A stretch of DNA of 64,000 nucleotides from Bryobacterales bacterium (GTDB lineage Bacteria > Acidobacteriota > Terriglobia > Bryobacterales > UBA6623): positions 160,001-224,000 of the forward strand of contig CAXXKD010000001.1 of the NCBI GenBank assembly GCA_963422375.2, written 5' to 3'. This document shows, one piece after another, positions 17,829-28,699 of the stretch. The notes under the pieces are model-generated. The model was not told the DNA's origin. It made no database searches and saw only the letters and a program-made list of their open reading frames with translations. The position numbers and the translations under genes are program-made. Positions within the stretch are counted from its first letter, which is position 1. Every line of letters starts with the position of its first letter.

Positions 17829-20651
17829 ATGCGACGAGTCAGTCTTTTCCCGTGGGCCCTGCTGGCCCTCGGCTGCCAGTTTCAAGATCCCCTCTTGGTG
17901 GGGCCGTATCGCGTTCCGCGGGGCTTCGCGGTGGAGGCCGTTGCGGACGCGGCCAAGGTCGGCTCGCTCATCCAAGTCACCTTCGACGCGCAGGGCAGGC
18001 CGGTCGTCGCCAAGGAACGCAGCCATCCAGTCCGCCTGCTGGACCTCGACGGCGATGGGTTCTTCGAGTCCGAGCAGGTCGTCAGCGACCGGGTTGAGAA
18101 CTGCCAGGGGATCTTCTTCGACGGAACCACGCTCTACGCGAACTGCACCAACCCCGACAACCGCGAGGCCTGTCTCTTCCGACTCTCGGACGAGGACGGG
18201 GACGGAGTCGCGGATTCCCGCGAGGTCGTCGTACAGTACACGGGACGCATCGGGGAGCACGGCCCTCACGACATCCGCCGGGCGCCAGACGGCTCGCTGA
18301 CAGTCCTAGTCGGAAATCACACCTTCGTGCCGTCCGAGCGCATCGCGGCCGAGTCGCCGCTGCGCGGCTACAAGGAGTCGCAGCTGCTGGACCGCTACAT
18401 GGATGCCCGCGGGCACGCCGTGGGGCGCATGGCCCCCGGGGGCGCCCTGTTCCGGATCGAGGGCGGCGGCGAGATGTTCTCGCTCCGGTTCGGCGGGTTC
18501 CGCAACCCCTACAACCACGCATACAACGCGGACGGCGAGGCCTTCACGTTCGACTCGGATATGGAGTGGGACATCAACCTCCCGTGGTACCGCGAGGTGC
18601 GCTCCGTGCATGGCGTTCCCTCCGCGGACTTCGGCTGGCGGACGGGCTCGGGCAAGTTTCCCGCCTACTACATCGACTCTCTCCCGCCGGTCGACGACCT
18701 GGGACGCGGCTCTCCGGTGGGCGTGGACTTCTATCACAGCTACGCCTACCCGGCGGAGTACTTTGACGCATTCCTGCAGGGCGACTGGTCCCGCGGGCGT
18801 GTCGTCCTGTCTAAGTTCCGCAGGTCAGGCGCGACCTACGAACTGGCCGAGCCCGCCACCGACTTCATCTACGGCGAGCCCCTCAATGTGACCGACTTGG
18901 AGGTAGGCCCGGACGGCTTGGTCTACTTCACCACCGGAGGGCGCAATACCCAAGGCGGCTTCTACCGCGTGCGCTATGAGGGCTACCGCGCCAACTCGGG
19001 CCGCCGTCCGGAGACTGGCGTCCTCTCCGTGGTGCGCCAGCCGCAGCCGCTGTCCGCGTTCAGCCACGCTTATTTTCAGGCGCGCAAGCGGGAGATGGGC
19101 GACGCGTGGGGAGCGGAGCTCCAGGCGCTGGTCCGGGACGAGACAGCTGAGTCGGCTGACCGGATTCGGGCGCTGCACCTTCTGCAGCGCTACGCCCCCA
19201 AGCCTGACGCTCCCCTGATCCGGTCGGCGTTCGAGAGCGCCGACGCGACATTGCGGGCGGCCGCGGTCTACGTGGTCGGCCAGCATGGCAGCGACCGAGC
19301 CAAGGCGATCGCCGCCGAGGCGCTCGAGGACAGCGACCCCTTCGTGAAGAGGCGCGCTGCCGAGGCCCTGCTGCGCATGGGCGACCCGGCGTTCGGCGGG
19401 ATCCCGGATCTGCACGCCCTGCTCGGCGACGGTGATCGTTTCGTGCGCTGGGCGGGCCGCGTCGCGCTGGAGGCGACGCCTACGGAGGCGTGGAAGGGTT
19501 TGGTCGTCGAAGACCGGGATCCGATGTCGTCGGCTACGGGGATGCTCGCTTTGGTCCGCACGGCTGAGAGGGCCATCGACCTTGAACCGGTCTTCGAGAA
19601 GACTTTGTCACTGCTTCGACGCGAGGGCGTCGCCGCCGAGGCCGAGCTGGCCCTGCTGCGCGTCTTCCACCTCGCCTGCTTGGAAGTCGCCGACGGCTGC
19701 CGCGAGAGCCTGCGCGAGCAACTGTACGACATCGTGGCTCCTCGCTTCCCGTCGGCGGACGAGCGGCTGAACCGCGAGTATGCCCTTACGATGGCCTACG
19801 CCGCACGCCCGGAGGCTATTGCCAAGCTGCTCGCCCAGATCCCTTCCGGGGACGAAAGCCAGCAGTTGCAGATCCATTACGTCTACGCGCTGCGGGAGAT
19901 CCAGGACGGCTGGACGCCCGAGCAGAAGCGGCAGCTCGTGGCATGGTTCCAGAAGGCGAAGGAATGGCGCGGCGGTGCCAGCTTCGTCGGCTTCGTCAAC
20001 CGGCTCTTCGAGTCCTGCCTCGAGTTCTTCGACCCGGGCGAGACGCAACAGGCCTACGCGGTTATCCCGGAATTCGCCCCGGTCGAGGACGAGAGGCTTC
20101 TGGTATCCCTGCGCCGCGGCACGGGCCACGTCCAGCCCAACGTGTTCGCCCGCAAGCGAGGCACGAACCTCTACAGCGAGCAGGAGATCTTCGAGTACAT
20201 GATGTACGACCCGATGACGACGATGGCCACCCGCGAGCAAGGCCTCCGAGTCTTTGAAGAGGCCTGCGCCAAGTGCCATCGCTTCGGCGACCTCGGCAAG
20301 GACTACGGCCCCGATCTGACGACGGTGGCGAATCGCTTCTCGCGGCGCGACCTGCTGGAAGCCACCCTGTGGCCGTCGAGGACGATCTCCGACCAGTACC
20401 GTTCGTGGCGGATCGAGACTAGGGACGACGTCTATTCGGCCATGATCCTGGAAGAGGACGAGCTGTCCGTCACAGTGTTCATCCCGGACCTGGAGCGCCC
20501 CGTCGCGATCGCCCGGGAGAGTATCGTCGACCTGCGCGAGTCCGAAGTCTCGATCATGCCCGAGGGCCTGCTGGACCAGTTCGAAATGCGCGAAACGGCC
20601 GGCCTGTTCCGCCTCCTGCAAGAGGCCGTCTCGGAGGGAGCCGGCGACTGA
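17829..20651 (+). CDS. PVC-type haem-binding lipoprotein (beta-propeller + HEAT repeats + cytochrome c)
   Basis: Lipobox LALGC. DxDGDG motifs, EHGPH, GFRNPY, FTFDSDMEWD, HEAT-like repeats, CAKCH..GPDLT, SIMPEGL. Confidence 0.85.
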   Translation: MRRVSLFPWALLALGCQFQDPLLVGPYRVPRGFAVEAVADAAKVGSLIQVTFDAQGRPVVAKERSHPVRLLDLDGDGFFESEQVVSDRVENCQGIFFDGTTLYANCTNPDNREACLFRLSDEDGDGVADSREVVVQYTGRIGEHGPHDIRRAPDGSLTVLVGNHTFVPSERIAAESPLRGYKESQLLDRYMDARGHAVGRMAPGGALFRIEGGGEMFSLRFGGFRNPYNHAYNADGEAFTFDSDMEWDINLPWYREVRSVHGVPSADFGWRTGSGKFPAYYIDSLPPVDDLGRGSPVGVDFYHSYAYPAEYFDAFLQGDWSRGRVVLSKFRRSGATYELAEPATDFIYGEPLNVTDLEVGPDGLVYFTTGGRNTQGGFYRVRYEGYRANSGRRPETGVLSVVRQPQPLSAFSHAYFQARKREMGDAWGAELQALVRDETAESADRIRALHLLQRYAPKPDAPLIRSAFESADATLRAAAVYVVGQHGSDRAKAIAAEALEDSDPFVKRRAAEALLRMGDPAFGGIPDLHALLGDGDRFVRWAGRVALEATPTEAWKGLVVEDRDPMSSATGMLALVRTAERAIDLEPVFEKTLSLLRREGVAAEAELALLRVFHLACLEVADGCRESLREQLYDIVAPRFPSADERLNREYALTMAYAARPEAIAKLLAQIPSGDESQQLQIHYVYALREIQDGWTPEQKRQLVAWFQKAKEWRGGASFVGFVNRLFESCLEFFDPGETQQAYAVIPEFAPVEDERLLVSLRRGTGHVQPNVFARKRGTNLYSEQEIFEYMMYDPMTTMATREQGLRVFEEACAKCHRFGDLGKDYGPDLTTVANRFSRRDLLEATLWPSRTISDQYRSWRIETRDDVYSAMILEEDELSVTVFIPDLERPVAIARESIVDLRESEVSIMPEGLLDQFEMRETAGLFRLLQEAVSEGAGD

Positions 20652-20759
20652 CGCCGGATGTTTCGCCGTCAGCCGGAACCCTAGTCGGGCAGGGGTGCCG
20701 AATCGCTCGACTATAATTGACCAATGGCGTCGCGCACCGCGGGGCGGCTCTGAGCCAAG

Positions 20760-21194
20760 ATGCGCAGCTTGATCGTAATTCTGGGCGCGGTCGCGAGTCT
20801 CGGCCTGGGACTTTTCTGGGCGGGCCTAGGGATTCTGGGGTGGATTCAGGGCGGCGAGATGCACGTACCGCTGCTGCCGACCGAGCCGGACAGCGCTGCC
20901 ACCGGCTTGTTCGTGGCGGGATTCTACGCGACCTTGGCCGCGCTCCTGTCTCTTCGCAGAAGTCGCGTGGGACGGTTCCTGCTGCTGCTCTTGTCGCTGG
21001 GTCTTGTCGTGGTGCTAGGCTACGCCGTGTTCAGCGCTACCTACCGGTTCGACGGGCTCGGCGGGTTCGGACGCCACCTGCTGCTCCTACTGGGTTCGCT
21101 TGTCCTGCTCTGGTCGACCTGGCTGGGCTTCCGCAGTCCGGGCGGCCGCGACGACCTCTCGCACGTCGTGCGGCCAGGGGCCGCTCGCAACTGA
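20760..21194 (+). CDS. Hypothetical membrane protein (~4 TM)
   Basis: Four hydrophobic stretches; same orientation as neighbours. Confidence 0.7.
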   Translation: MRSLIVILGAVASLGLGLFWAGLGILGWIQGGEMHVPLLPTEPDSAATGLFVAGFYATLAALLSLRRSRVGRFLLLLLSLGLVVVLGYAVFSATYRFDGLGGFGRHLLLLLGSLVLLWSTWLGFRSPGGRDDLSHVVRPGAARN

Positions 21195-21272
21195 CCCGGC
21201 GCGAGGCTCTCGGGCCCTAGCCCGGTCCCGTCGCGCGGTCGGCGGGCGAACGGGTAGCCGCTTTGTCCCATA

Positions 21273-22454
21273 ATGGCGAGGGGGGCGATCGCGATGGACG
21301 TATTCGATCAAGTGCGGGAGGCATTGTCCTCCGGGGACGTCGATGCCGCGTTCGACCTTGTCATCCAGCGGTTCCGCGAGGAGCGCTCCTATCCCCTGAT
21401 CTTCGAGGCGCGCCTGATGCGGAAGCGGCACGAACTGGGCATGCCGCTCATCCAGACGGAGCCGTGGCGGAATCTCGATGCGGATGTCCAGGCGGAATAC
21501 GAGCAGGCCACCGTTGATGCGGCCCGCGAAGTGGGCACTCTCTTCCTGGACGACGGGCAGGTCGGGCGGGCCTGGCCCTACTTCCGGGCTCTCGGGGACA
21601 AGGAGCAGGTCCGGGCGGCGATCGAGTCCTGCACCGAGTCCGAGGCCGGCGAGGCCTTGGACGGCGTCATCGAGGTCGCCTACCACGAGCAGGTCCACCC
21701 GAGGAAGGGATTCGAGCTCATCCTCAAGCATTACGGCACCTGCCGTGCGATCACGAACTTCTCCCAGTACCCTGTCGATGAGGGGCGGGCGGACTGCGCG
21801 CACCTGCTGGCGCGGCAAGTCCATTCCGAGCTCCTGTCCAACGTCAAGTACGCCGTCAAGCAGAGGGAAGGGGCCGAGCCGGCCGGCGATGACTTGGCGG
21901 CGGTCGTGCGCGATCGGGAATGGCTGTTCGAGGGCAATGCCTACTACCTAGACACGTCCCACGTGTCGTCGCTCGTCCAGATGGCCCCGTCGATTGAGCG
22001 CAAGGAGACGCTGGAGCTGCTGCTCGGCATGGCTGAGTACGGTCGGCGGCTCGGCGAGATGTACCAGTTTCCCGGCAACCCACCCTTCGAGAACGTTTTC
22101 GAGGATTTCGGCGCGTACATCCGCGCGGCGACCGGAATCGACGTCGAGGGCGGCCTAGCCCACTTCAGGCGCAAGGTCGAGACGTGCGACCGGAACGTCG
22201 CTGGCACCACCCCGGCGCAGGTGCTGGTCAACCTGCTGGTTCGAGTCGGCCGGCCCACGGAGGCCGCGGACGTGGCAGTGGAGCATCTCTCCGAGGCGGA
22301 CCCGCAGTACCTGACCTGCCCGAACGCCCTGCAGCTTTGCCAGATGGCCGGAGACTACGGCCGCCTGGCGGACGTCTCGCGCGAGCGTCGCGACCTGCTG
22401 AGTTTCGCCGCTGCTACGATGCAAGCCGCCGGCGTACAGCCCGTCGCTGCCTGA
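21273..22454 (+). CDS. Hypothetical alpha-helical protein
   Basis: 393-aa ORF with typical codon usage; directly upstream of the FAD oxidase. Confidence 0.75.
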   Translation: MARGAIAMDVFDQVREALSSGDVDAAFDLVIQRFREERSYPLIFEARLMRKRHELGMPLIQTEPWRNLDADVQAEYEQATVDAAREVGTLFLDDGQVGRAWPYFRALGDKEQVRAAIESCTESEAGEALDGVIEVAYHEQVHPRKGFELILKHYGTCRAITNFSQYPVDEGRADCAHLLARQVHSELLSNVKYAVKQREGAEPAGDDLAAVVRDREWLFEGNAYYLDTSHVSSLVQMAPSIERKETLELLLGMAEYGRRLGEMYQFPGNPPFENVFEDFGAYIRAATGIDVEGGLAHFRRKVETCDRNVAGTTPAQVLVNLLVRVGRPTEAADVAVEHLSEADPQYLTCPNALQLCQMAGDYGRLADVSRERRDLLSFAAATMQAAGVQPVAA

Positions 22455-22475
22455 TGGCTCAAGTACGATAGAGCC

Positions 22476-23909
22476 GTGCTACCGGAATCCGCCCTGAGGG
22501 CTCTGCAGCAGGCTGTCGGCCGCCGGGCCGTCTTGCACCGAGACCAGGACCTGCTGCTGTACGAGTACGACGGAAGCATCGACAAGGGGCGCCCCGAATG
22601 CGTGGTGTTCCCGCGGCGCACCGAGGACGTCGTCGAGATCGTCCGCATCGCTGCCGACCATTCGCTCCCGCTGGTCGGGCGGGGGGCCGGAACCGGTCTC
22701 AGCGGCGGGGTGATTCCCCAGCGCGGCGGGATCATGATCGGATTCTCGCGCATGAACAGGATTCTCGAGATCGACCTCGAGAACGAGTGCGCCGTGGTCC
22801 AGCCCGGGGTTGTCAACTTGGACATCACCCGCGCCGTGGAGGGGCGCGGCTACTACTACGCCCCGGACCCGTCGTCGCAGAAGGCCTGCACGATCGGCGG
22901 CAACGTGGCCGAGAACGCCGGCGGGCCTCACACGCTGATCTACGGGGTGACCACCAATCACGTGCTCGGCATCGAGGCGGTCCTGCCGGACGGCACCGTG
23001 CTGGTCGCGGGAGGCAAGGAGCAGGATCTGCCAGGCTACGACCTGCGCGGCCTGCTGACCGGCTCCGAGGGCACCATGGCCTTGATAACGAAGGTCATCG
23101 TGCGACTCATGCGGGCTCCCGAGTCGGTCGAGACGCTGCTGGCCATCTACGAGCGCGCGGAGGACGGCGCGTCCACGGTGGGCGAGCTTACGGCCCGGGC
23201 GATCACGCCCGCGGCCGTGGAGATGCTCGACGGCGTGATGCTCCGCATGGTCGAGGAGGCGACCCACGCCGGCTTTCCGATGGACGCCGAGGCCGTGCTG
23301 CTGATCGAGCTCGAGGGCGTGCGCGAGTCCGTGGCGGAGCAGCTCGAGCAGGTGCAGTCGGTCTGCATGGGGTGCCGTGCGCGCGAGGTGCGCGTCGCGC
23401 GCAACGCCGCCGAGCGCGCCCTGTTGTGGAAGGGCCGCAAGAACGCCTTCGGGGCCGTCGGCCGGGTCAGCCCGACGTATTACGTGCAGGACGGAGTCGT
23501 GCCGCGCACGCGCATCGCGGACACGCTGCGGCACATCTACAGCGTGTCGGAGAAGTATGGACTCACGATCAGCAACATCTTCCACGCCGGCGACGGCAAC
23601 ATGCATCCGATCATCCTGTTCGATCCGCGCAGCCGGGACGAGACGCGGCGCACGCGGCAGGCCGGGGAGGACATCCTCCGGTACTGCATCGAAGCGGGCG
23701 GCGCCATCACCGGCGAGCACGGCGTGGGCATGGAGAAGAACGAGCTGATGCCTCTGCTGTTCGCGGAGGACAGCTTGGAGCAGATGGAGCGCCTGATGCG
23801 GATCTTCAATCCGGACGGGCGACTGAACCCGGGCAAGATCCTGCCGACGGGCAAGGGCTGCCTCGAGATCCGCCCGCCGCCGGCGGCGCACAAGGCCGCG
23901 GTTTGGTAG
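22476..23909 (+). CDS. glcD: FAD-linked oxidase, glycolate oxidase subunit GlcD-like
   Basis: RGAGTGLSGG, APDPSSQKACTIGGNVAENAGG, GSEGT, FHAGDGNMHP, GEHGVG, LNPGKI. Confidence 0.85.
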   Translation: MLPESALRALQQAVGRRAVLHRDQDLLLYEYDGSIDKGRPECVVFPRRTEDVVEIVRIAADHSLPLVGRGAGTGLSGGVIPQRGGIMIGFSRMNRILEIDLENECAVVQPGVVNLDITRAVEGRGYYYAPDPSSQKACTIGGNVAENAGGPHTLIYGVTTNHVLGIEAVLPDGTVLVAGGKEQDLPGYDLRGLLTGSEGTMALITKVIVRLMRAPESVETLLAIYERAEDGASTVGELTARAITPAAVEMLDGVMLRMVEEATHAGFPMDAEAVLLIELEGVRESVAEQLEQVQSVCMGCRAREVRVARNAAERALLWKGRKNAFGAVGRVSPTYYVQDGVVPRTRIADTLRHIYSVSEKYGLTISNIFHAGDGNMHPIILFDPRSRDETRRTRQAGEDILRYCIEAGGAITGEHGVGMEKNELMPLLFAEDSLEQMERLMRIFNPDGRLNPGKILPTGKGCLEIRPPPAAHKAAVW

Positions 23910-23962
23910 CCGGCGGCCCCGCCGGACGGGCGACCGCCTCTGTTTGATAGCATCCCATCGTC

Positions 23963-25585
23963 ATGCGCTGCGCTGCCGCTCTCGTCTTGCTCGCGTTGGG
24001 ATGTGCGCACCGTGGCGCGCAGGAAGTCGCCTTCGATCCGGCCGCGCTGGCCGCGCACGTCCGCTTCCTGTCCCACGACCTTCTGGAGGGCCGTGGACTC
24101 GGCGGGCGTGGGGAAGAGCTGACCGCCGAGTATCTCGCGGCGCAGCTCGCGATCGCGGGTGCCGAGCCCGCCGCGGAAGACGGCACGTACTTCCAGAGCG
24201 TGCCGCTCGTGGAGGTCGCGCTGCAGGAGGGCTCGTTCCTGCGCCTCGCCGGCCGCGACACGGCCTGGCTCGAGGAATTCGTGGGCAGCAACGAGCGCCA
24301 GACCGGGCGCGAGGTCTTCGACGCGGAGCTCGTGTACGTCGGACGTGGAATCGCCGCTCCCGAGTTCCACTGGGACGATTACAAGGGTGCCGACGTCGAC
24401 GGCAAGATCGTCGTGCTGTTCACCAATGAGCCGCCCTCGGACGACGCGGCCTTCTTCGGGGGCCGTGCCCTGACCTACTACGGCCGCTGGACCTTCAAGT
24501 TCGAGGAGGCCGCCCGCCGGGGGGCCTTGGGAGCGCTGATCGTCCACACGGATGCGACGGCGGGCTACCCGTGGCAGGTGGTCCGGAATTCGTGGAGCGG
24601 GGGCCAGTCGTACGTCGAGGTCGCGGAGGGCGAGCCGAAGCTCGCCTTCGCCGGCTGGGTGACATCGGAAGCTGCCGAGCGCCTGTTCGAAGCATCGGCG
24701 GCGACGCGGGGCAGCGGGCTCGCGGACTTGCTGGCCCGGGCGAACGAGAGAGACTTCGCGCCGATTCCGCTCGGCGTCCGCGCCCGGGCGGACATCCGCA
24801 GCTCGATCGTGCCGCTCGAGACCCGCAACGTGCTCGCTCGCTTTGAGGGCAGCGACCCGGAACGCCGGGACGAAGCCGTCCTGTACACCGCCCACTGGGA
24901 CCACATCGGCATGCGCGCCCCCGAGCCCGGCGAGGACGGGATCTACAACGGTGCGGTGGACAACGCCACCGGCTGCGCGGTTCTGCTGGAACTGGCTTGG
25001 GCCTTCGGTGCGCTTCCCGTGCGGCCGGCCCGCACGGTCCTGTTCGCTTTCGTCGGCGCCGAGGAGAGCGGCCTGCTGGGCTCGGCCTACTACTCGGCCC
25101 ATCCCGCGGTACCCGCCGGGCGAACGGCGGTGAACCTGAACTACGACGCGCTGTATCCCTACGGAGCCACGAGCGACATCTCGATCCCGGGCCACGAGCG
25201 GACGACGCTCCGGGGCGCGGTGGAGACGCTAGCGGCGGAGTTCGAGCTGAGCCTGACGCCCGACGCCCACCCGGAACAGGGCTACTACTACCGCTCGGAC
25301 CAGTTCAGCCTCGCCAAGCACGGCGTACCTGCATTCTCGCTCAAGTCCGGCACGCAGTATCTCAACCGGCCGGAGGGATGGGGCGAGCAGCGATTGGGGG
25401 AGTACCGGGAACGCCACTATCACCAGCCGTCCGACGAATATCATGCCGATTGGGACTTCGCGGGCATCGCGGACCTAGCCCGGTTCGGTTTCGAGCTGGG
25501 CCGGGCGGTCGCCGACCAGCCAGGCCTGCCGACTTGGAACGAGGGGGACGAGTTCCTCGCCGCGCGCGAGCGCTCCTGGCGGTAG
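23963..25585 (+). CDS. M28 family metallopeptidase with PA domain, lipoprotein
   Basis: Lipobox LALGC. TAHWDH, NGAVDNATG, AEESGLLGS, RSDQF, YHQPSD. Confidence 0.9.
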   Translation: MRCAAALVLLALGCAHRGAQEVAFDPAALAAHVRFLSHDLLEGRGLGGRGEELTAEYLAAQLAIAGAEPAAEDGTYFQSVPLVEVALQEGSFLRLAGRDTAWLEEFVGSNERQTGREVFDAELVYVGRGIAAPEFHWDDYKGADVDGKIVVLFTNEPPSDDAAFFGGRALTYYGRWTFKFEEAARRGALGALIVHTDATAGYPWQVVRNSWSGGQSYVEVAEGEPKLAFAGWVTSEAAERLFEASAATRGSGLADLLARANERDFAPIPLGVRARADIRSSIVPLETRNVLARFEGSDPERRDEAVLYTAHWDHIGMRAPEPGEDGIYNGAVDNATGCAVLLELAWAFGALPVRPARTVLFAFVGAEESGLLGSAYYSAHPAVPAGRTAVNLNYDALYPYGATSDISIPGHERTTLRGAVETLAAEFELSLTPDAHPEQGYYYRSDQFSLAKHGVPAFSLKSGTQYLNRPEGWGEQRLGEYRERHYHQPSDEYHADWDFAGIADLARFGFELGRAVADQPGLPTWNEGDEFLAARERSWR

Positions 25586-25699
25586 GGCCGCGCCTCCCGA
25601 CGGTTGCGCGGTTGCGGGCGGGCGATCCGATATAATCGCTAAGGCGCAGCCCGGTCGGACGGCATGCGCGTTTCTAGTCGCAGGACCCGGAGGAAGGGA

Positions 25700-26128
25700 A
25701 TGAGAACTGTTTTGGTTGCTGTTGCCTTGGCGTCGGTGGTGACGGTCGCCGCCGTAGCGGACAATCACGAAGGACACGCCTACAAGAAGGCCGCTTCCGT
25801 TCACGACCTCATGGAGTACATGGTCAAGCCCGCCATGGACAAGGTCAAGGCATTCCGCGAGAGCGGAGGACCGTCTGGCACGGACGAGTGGAAGAAAGCG
25901 CACGGCGCCATCTCGATGGTGAACGAGGCATCGCAGCTCGTGCTGATGGACGGCCGCGTCAAGGACGACGCTTGGAGCGAGGGGGCGGCCCAAGTCATCG
26001 CCGCCTCACGCGACGCCATGCTGGGCGCCTACCGCATGGACGCCATGGGCTACGACGCGGCCCTCAAGGCCATGTCGGGCGGCTGCAAGACCTGCCACGA
26101 CGTTCACAAGAAGGACCAAGACAAATAG
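25700..26128 (+). CDS. Class II (c'-like) cytochrome c
   Basis: Signal peptide, helical body, C-terminal CKTCH. Confidence 0.85.
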   Translation: MRTVLVAVALASVVTVAAVADNHEGHAYKKAASVHDLMEYMVKPAMDKVKAFRESGGPSGTDEWKKAHGAISMVNEASQLVLMDGRVKDDAWSEGAAQVIAASRDAMLGAYRMDAMGYDAALKAMSGGCKTCHDVHKKDQDK

Positions 26129-26324
26129 CTCCGCCCCCGGATCTGCGACCCCTGCACCGATTCAGGCGGCGACCTCCCCTGAATCCTCCTGCGGGACCGA
26201 GCGCGACATAGGTCGCGCGCAATGGCGCTAGGGCATACAATACAATGTCGGCGACCTCCTGCTACGGAAATCGCCGGCCTGACGGAGTGCCCGTGGCGGC
26301 CCGTGGCCGCCACGGGCAGTCGCG

Positions 26325-26582
26325 CTACTCGTAGTAGGCTGCGTTGCGATCGATGAACTCGTCCCACTCCTCGGGAAGATCCTCTTCCGCGAAGATCGCC
26401 GAAACGGGGCAGACAGGCACGCACGCGCCGCAGTCGATGCACTCCTCCGGGTCGATGTAGAGCATCTCTTCCGTCTCGAAGTCGTCTTCGTCCGACTTAG
26501 GGTGGATGCAGTCCACCGGGCAGGCGTCCACGCAAGCGGTGTCCTTCGTGCCGATGCACGGCTCCGCGATGATGTAGGCCAT
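26325..26582 (-). CDS. Dicluster (7Fe-type) ferredoxin
   Basis: MAYIIAEPC..CVDACPVDCI..IDPEECIDCGACVPVCPV. Confidence 0.95.
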   Translation of the reverse strand: MAYIIAEPCIGTKDTACVDACPVDCIHPKSDEDDFETEEMLYIDPEECIDCGACVPVCPVSAIFAEEDLPEEWDEFIDRNAAYYE

Positions 26583-26748
26583 GGTCTAGAACCTCTCTCC
26601 TGAACTGACTCGAACTACGCTCTCGCCGACCTGTCCGCCGCTTCGCCTATCAGGACCGACGGCCTGCCGAGAAACCGATTCTAGCACAGTGCCCGCCGGG
26701 CGGAATGCGTCCGAGCCTCGACCTAGCCCGAGCGTATCATGATGCGTA

Positions 26749-27090
26749 ATGACGATGAAGCGATGGATCACGATCCTCGCCGCGAGCTTGCTGATGGTGC
26801 CTCTCTTGGCTCAGACGGGCGGACGAGGGCGAGGCGGGCGCAATCCGCCGTTCGGGGCGGCTCCGCAGGATCGCCTGCCGGACGGACGCTCAAGGACGCT
26901 CATGATCCTCAAGAAGGATGTCGAGCGGTCCACCGAGGATATGGCCAAGGTCATCGAGCTGGCCACCGAACTGCAAGGCGAGATCGAGAAGAATGAGTTC
27001 CACACGGTCGATCTGGGCAGCGTCCGCAAGGCCGAGGAGATCATTAAGCTCGTCCGGCGCGTCAAGTCGCGCATGAGCCGGTCGCAGTAG
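26749..27090 (+). CDS. Small secreted helical protein
   Basis: Signal peptide followed by a coiled-coil-like region. Confidence 0.65.
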   Translation: MTMKRWITILAASLLMVPLLAQTGGRGRGGRNPPFGAAPQDRLPDGRSRTLMILKKDVERSTEDMAKVIELATELQGEIEKNEFHTVDLGSVRKAEEIIKLVRRVKSRMSRSQ

Positions 27091-27139
27091 GTCGCCGCGA
27101 CCGGCTTGGGCGGGGCGGCAGCGCGGGCATTTTCGAGAG

Positions 27140-28699
27140 ATGCGAACCACCGGTTCGGGTATTCCGGCGGTCGTGGTCATGCTGGCATGGAGATACTCCG
27201 AGCCGCCTTCGTTTCGCACCGAACCGTCGCTGGTCGCTATTCCGAACCCTGCGGCGCCGCTGGCAGCCGCGCTGTCGTTCTGTCCCGCCCTGATCGATGT
27301 CGCCGACGGCGTGCATATGTGGCGCTTGGAATACGGCCCCGAATTCGATTCGTCGGAAGTAGAGCTTGCGGTCGTCGGCACCCGGTCCGACACGCGCCAC
27401 GAGATCAGCGTCGACCTCCGCTCCGGCCGGGGGTGCCGAGGTCGCGCATCCCGACGCCTTTGTGTTCCGCACGCCTCTCCTGCCGGAGGTCGCGATCGAG
27501 TTCCCGAAGATCCGCGTCCATCTCAGCGCGCCGGACGAGATCGAACCGGGGGTGACGGTTTTCAACCCACGACGACGTCAGATGGGCTCTGGCCGGGACG
27601 CGTCTGAGTTCAACGCCGGGTTCGGCATGCTGGCGGTCTTGGACCATGCCGGCTAGGTCGTGGCGTACCGCCGGATCGATTCCCGCATCAGCGATTTCGA
27701 GAAGGCTTGCAACGGCAACCTGCTGTTCGTCACGGCTGACTTTCGCCGGGTCGAGATGGACTGCCTCGGCAAGACGGCCTGCCGGTGGTATGCTGCCGGC
27801 CGTCCGCATGGGCCCGCCGACAGCATCGCCATGGACACTCTCACCCTCCATCACGAGATTGACGAGATGCCGAACGGGACCTTATTCGCGCTGAGCTCCG
27901 AGTGGCGGGAAGTCGATGACTACTACCCAGACGAATATGACGAAGCCCCACCTCCCATGCGGCAGAGGGTCATGGGTGACGTAATCGTCGATTTCGGGCG
28001 CGAAACTGGGAAGGTTGCGTGGGGGTGGAAGGCGTTCGATCCCACGGACCCGCACCGTAGCACGTACGAGACGCTCTCGGATTATTGGATCCGCGGCGGA
28101 TTCCCGCTACCAACCGGCGGCCGTCAAGATTGACCGCGAGACCTGGCTAGTCGAGTGGATCTTCGGCGAGCCGAGCGGGTGGGGCGACCTCTACGAGAAC
28201 ATCCTGAGGACTGACGGCGATGTCCAGTGGCCCTACTACCTGCGCTCACCCGAGTCGACGCCGCACGGCACTCTAATGATCTTCGACAACGGGAACTACC
28301 AGGCGCGCCCGTTCACAAAGCCCGCCGATGTTGTCGACACCTAACTCGCAGGCCGTCGAGTTCTCCATCGACGAAGACAGCATGACTGCCCGCCAGCGTC
28401 GGCAGTCCGAGACCATGGGACCCGACTGGGTCGTCGCGATTGCGATGGGCGACGTTGGCTGGCTGCCCCATACTGAGAACGTCCTCGCGGCCTACGGAGC
28501 CTTGCTGGATCCCGCTTCGATCGGCAGCGCGCGGTGGCAGTCGAGCTCCCGCTTAGAGTTCAGCCAGCGGACTCGCCCGCGCGAGTTCATGCGCAGCGAC
28601 CCGCCCGAGGTTGTCTACGAGGTTGCGCTTCAAGGCGATGGATCGGACTTGGGATGGTCACTGAATGGAGTGGGGCGGATTGATTGCATCGGTCCATAG
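27140..28699 (+). pseudogene. Aryl-sulfate sulfotransferase (ASST) pseudogene
   Basis: Fragments PNPAAPLAA, LHHEIDEMPNG, GDVIVDF, GTLMIFDNGN, AVEFSIDE, MGDV.WLP.T.NVL. Several frameshifts and an in-frame TAG at 27654-27656. Confidence 0.8.
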
